DNA from: Paraphysomonas bandaiensis
Taxonomy: Eukaryota > Protista > Chrysophyceae
DNA: 64,000 nt
Assembly (NCBI GenBank): GCA_965644295.1
Contig: CBFFRP010000319.1
Location: forward strand, 115,610-179,609
Direction: 5' to 3'
In this document: in pieces, positions 62,001 to 64,000 of the stretch
How positions within the stretch are numbered: the stretch's first letter is position 1
Layout: each line of letters opens with the position of its first letter
Program-made: the position numbers and the translations under genes
Notes under the pieces: generated by a model
Told to the model about the DNA's origin: nothing
Seen by the model: only the letters and a program-made list of their open reading frames with translations
The model's database searches: none

Positions 62001-64000
62001 CTACAGTCTCTCTTACTCCTATTCCAACAGAGGTACCAACATCTGACCCAACCCTATCCCCGACTTCACGTCCCACTCTCTCGCCTGCATCATCTCCAGT
62101 TGTATTGAGCCCAACAGCTTCCCCAAGCAGGACTCCCACGTCGAGTCCGACGGCATGTCCCACACAGCTTCCTTCTGTACCTCCATCTGTGACACCTACA
62201 GTGACCCCAACTGTTATTCCATCCAGGTGTCCCACAGTTATGCCTACGAATATTCCTAGCGCTTTACCATCCGTCATTCCTACGGTGCTACCGACACTAC
62301 CAGTTACTGATGCCTGTGATGACGGTGTGGATGAGGAAATAGTGGATGTAATATCTGATACAATGCTTTCATCTGAATGGTTGGAGATCGGATCTGTGGA
62401 TGTGGATGACCAAGTGTGGGTGTCACTGAGTACAACATTGTCGTCATTTGATGACGCGAGTGTGTTTGTGAGTCTTCCTGACATACCCGGAGATACATCT
62501 GATGAGGGGTATCCCGCAATAGCTCGTGTTCGCAATGTGGAAGTGTTTTCTGGTCGGGTGTCATTTGAAGTGCGTTTGTATCAGGCAAATGATAGTTTCT
62601 GTTCGAAGGAGTGGACTGTACCGACGGTGATATCTCCACCATTGCACTTGTCTTGGTTAGTTGCTGAGCACGGTGCTTATGAGCTGTCGGGTCATTACTT
62701 TTTTGTCGGTAGTGGTCCAATAACACGGCAGGATGGTGATGTAACGAATCGCGACAATTTTGTTCGGATCAATTATCCGAGTGGTTGCGAGTCACCGGAT
62801 GCTTTGTGTGCATATGACATTGATGTTGATGTGGGTGTGATACTTCAGCTTCAGACTGTAGTGTATGACCGTTTATTGATCCCTCGTGGATTTAACATCG
62901 CGAGGCGTTTTGGTAAGTATGTACTTCAGCCCCACGACTCTGCTGATCCAAGTTACTATGTGATGTTGGAGCCTGAGACACTTTCGTATATGACTTTTGA
63001 GTTTGGGTCATCAGTGACATGTGCGGAGGGGTGGACGTTTGAGACTCATCAATTCACAGGTGTAACTAATGACTTATTACATATTGATTTTGCCAATGAG
63101 TATGTTTCATCACCGGGCGTATTTGGTACGGTGACTACGTCAACAAGTTTATCTGATAGTACAGGTTTACGAGTATTTTCTGTGAGTACAACGGGGTTGA
63201 ATATGATAACTCAAGAAGACCAATGTTTGGACGAGGAGACGATCCATGCAACTGGTGAGAGAGTATCGGTATTGGTAATTGGGAAGGGGACAGGACCCGC
63301 GACATGTGTATTATGTCATGGATATGTGGGAACCTTAACAGCCTACCCATCTCAAGCGCCATCTGTGACGCTGTCCCCAACATCTCTTCCTACAGTCTCT
63401 CTTACTCCTATTCCAACAGAGGTACCAACATCTGACCCAACCCTATCCCCGACTTCACGTCCCACTCTCTCGCCTGCATCATCTCCAGTTGTATTGAGCC
63501 CAACACCTTCCCCAAGCAGGACTCCCACGTCGAGTCCGACGGCATGTCCCACACAGCTTCCTTCTGTATCTCCATCTGTGACACCTACAGTGACCCCAAC
63601 TGTTATTCCATCCAGGTGTCCCACAGTTATGCCTACAGAATATTCCTAGCGCTTTACCATCCGTCATTCCTACGGTGCTACCGACACTACCAGTTACTGA
63701 TGCCTGTGATGACGGTGTGGATGAGGAAATAGTGGATGTAATATCTGATACAATGCTTTCATCTGAATGGTTGGAGATCGGATCTGTGGATGTGGATGAC
63801 CAAGTGTGGGTGTCACTGAGTACAACATTGTCGTCATTTGATGACGCGAGTGTGTTTGTGAGTCTTCCTGACATACCCGGAGATACATCTGATGAGGGGT
63901 ATCCCGCAATAGCTCGTGTTCGCAATGTGGAAGTGTTTTCTGGTCGGGTGTCATTTGAAGTGCGTTTGTATCAGGCAAATGATAGTTTCTGTTCGAAGGA
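50021..64000 (+). CDS. Giant secreted subtilisin (S8, KP-43/Tag-like) fused to 5 LNR-like repeats, Pro/Thr stalks and at least 7 copies of the ~330-aa domain; intron 51054-51113; apparent +1 frameshift at 63637; repeat continues off window
   Basis: Signal peptide MTPLMLTLLLLLCCIAIRG and a pro-region. A 60-nt GT-AG intron splits the catalytic Asp (GIA-D-TG). HGTHVCGT, FAAGN, SGTSMATP and QGFGRV follow, then a KP-43-type C-domain (LKVTIVWMDP..DIDL..NNVE). Confidence 0.92.
52420..53715 (+). repeat. Five tandem LNR-like repeats, near-identical inverted copies of 48060-49330
   Basis: Same peptide unit and shared linkers (SEIQPTADPT, DQPTADPTTSQ, DRPSVLPTTSQ, SGRPT) as the minus-strand gene. Confidence 0.95.
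53720..56565 (+). repeat. Pro/Thr/Ser stalk repeats (~264-bp unit with HFPTGGPTGAPTNHP) on both sides of the first domain copy (~54480-55500)
   Basis: Unit NPTVIPTQxPTSQPTDVPSLEPTKSPTSS... repeats at 53725, 53989, 54253 and across 55620-56560. It is absent from the minus-strand gene. Confidence 0.92.
56595..64000 (+). repeat. Coding tandem array, 1389-bp period, inverted near-identical counterpart of 32281-38895
   Basis: Shadow ORFs at 56748, 58137, 59526, 60915 and 62304 (1389 spacing) translate almost identically to those of the left array. Confidence 0.97.

Noticed and set aside
32284-63978. Dozens of short repeated ORFs (MMAEHLV..., MNHHQSR..., MRTRAIAG..., MLLDHYR...)
   Set aside because: They are antisense or alternative-frame shadows of the coding repeats in the two giant ORFs and recur only because the DNA is repeated.
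32281-64000. Inverted arms as a fold-back read or assembly chimera
   Set aside because: The arms differ in unique content (protease, distinct stalk repeats, distinct N-termini) and carry arm-specific fixed variants, which a fold-back artefact would not produce. Copy numbers may still be misassembled.

Overview
Eukaryotic nuclear DNA with short GT-AG introns and a Pol III tRNA. Gene content (CHASE-type hybrid histidine kinase, CDPK, Pro/Thr/Ser-repeat giant proteins) suggests a stramenopile-like protist, which is an inference. The left half (1-30 kb) holds ordinary genes: a GRAB-domain golgin, PTGES2-like GST, an Amun-like HhH protein, a putative beta-sandwich DNA-binding protein, a membrane protein, tRNA-Ile(AAT), a membrane-anchored CDPK, an ankyrin-DHYC palmitoyltransferase and a hybrid histidine kinase. 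Between them lie a Ty1/copia remnant, hAT relics (one with intact TIRs and an 8-bp TSD) and two intronless orphan ORFs with bacterial-looking start signals. The right half (32.3-64 kb) is one remarkable locus: two giant secreted-protein genes placed head-to-head 561 bp apart. Both are built from the same near-identical modules (LNR-like Cys repeats, Pro/Ser/Thr stalks, and a ~330-aa domain that looks like a triplet of H-type-lectin-like repeats). Only the + strand gene carries an N-terminal KP-43/Tag-type subtilisin. The pair forms a large imperfect inverted repeat with signs of concerted evolution.
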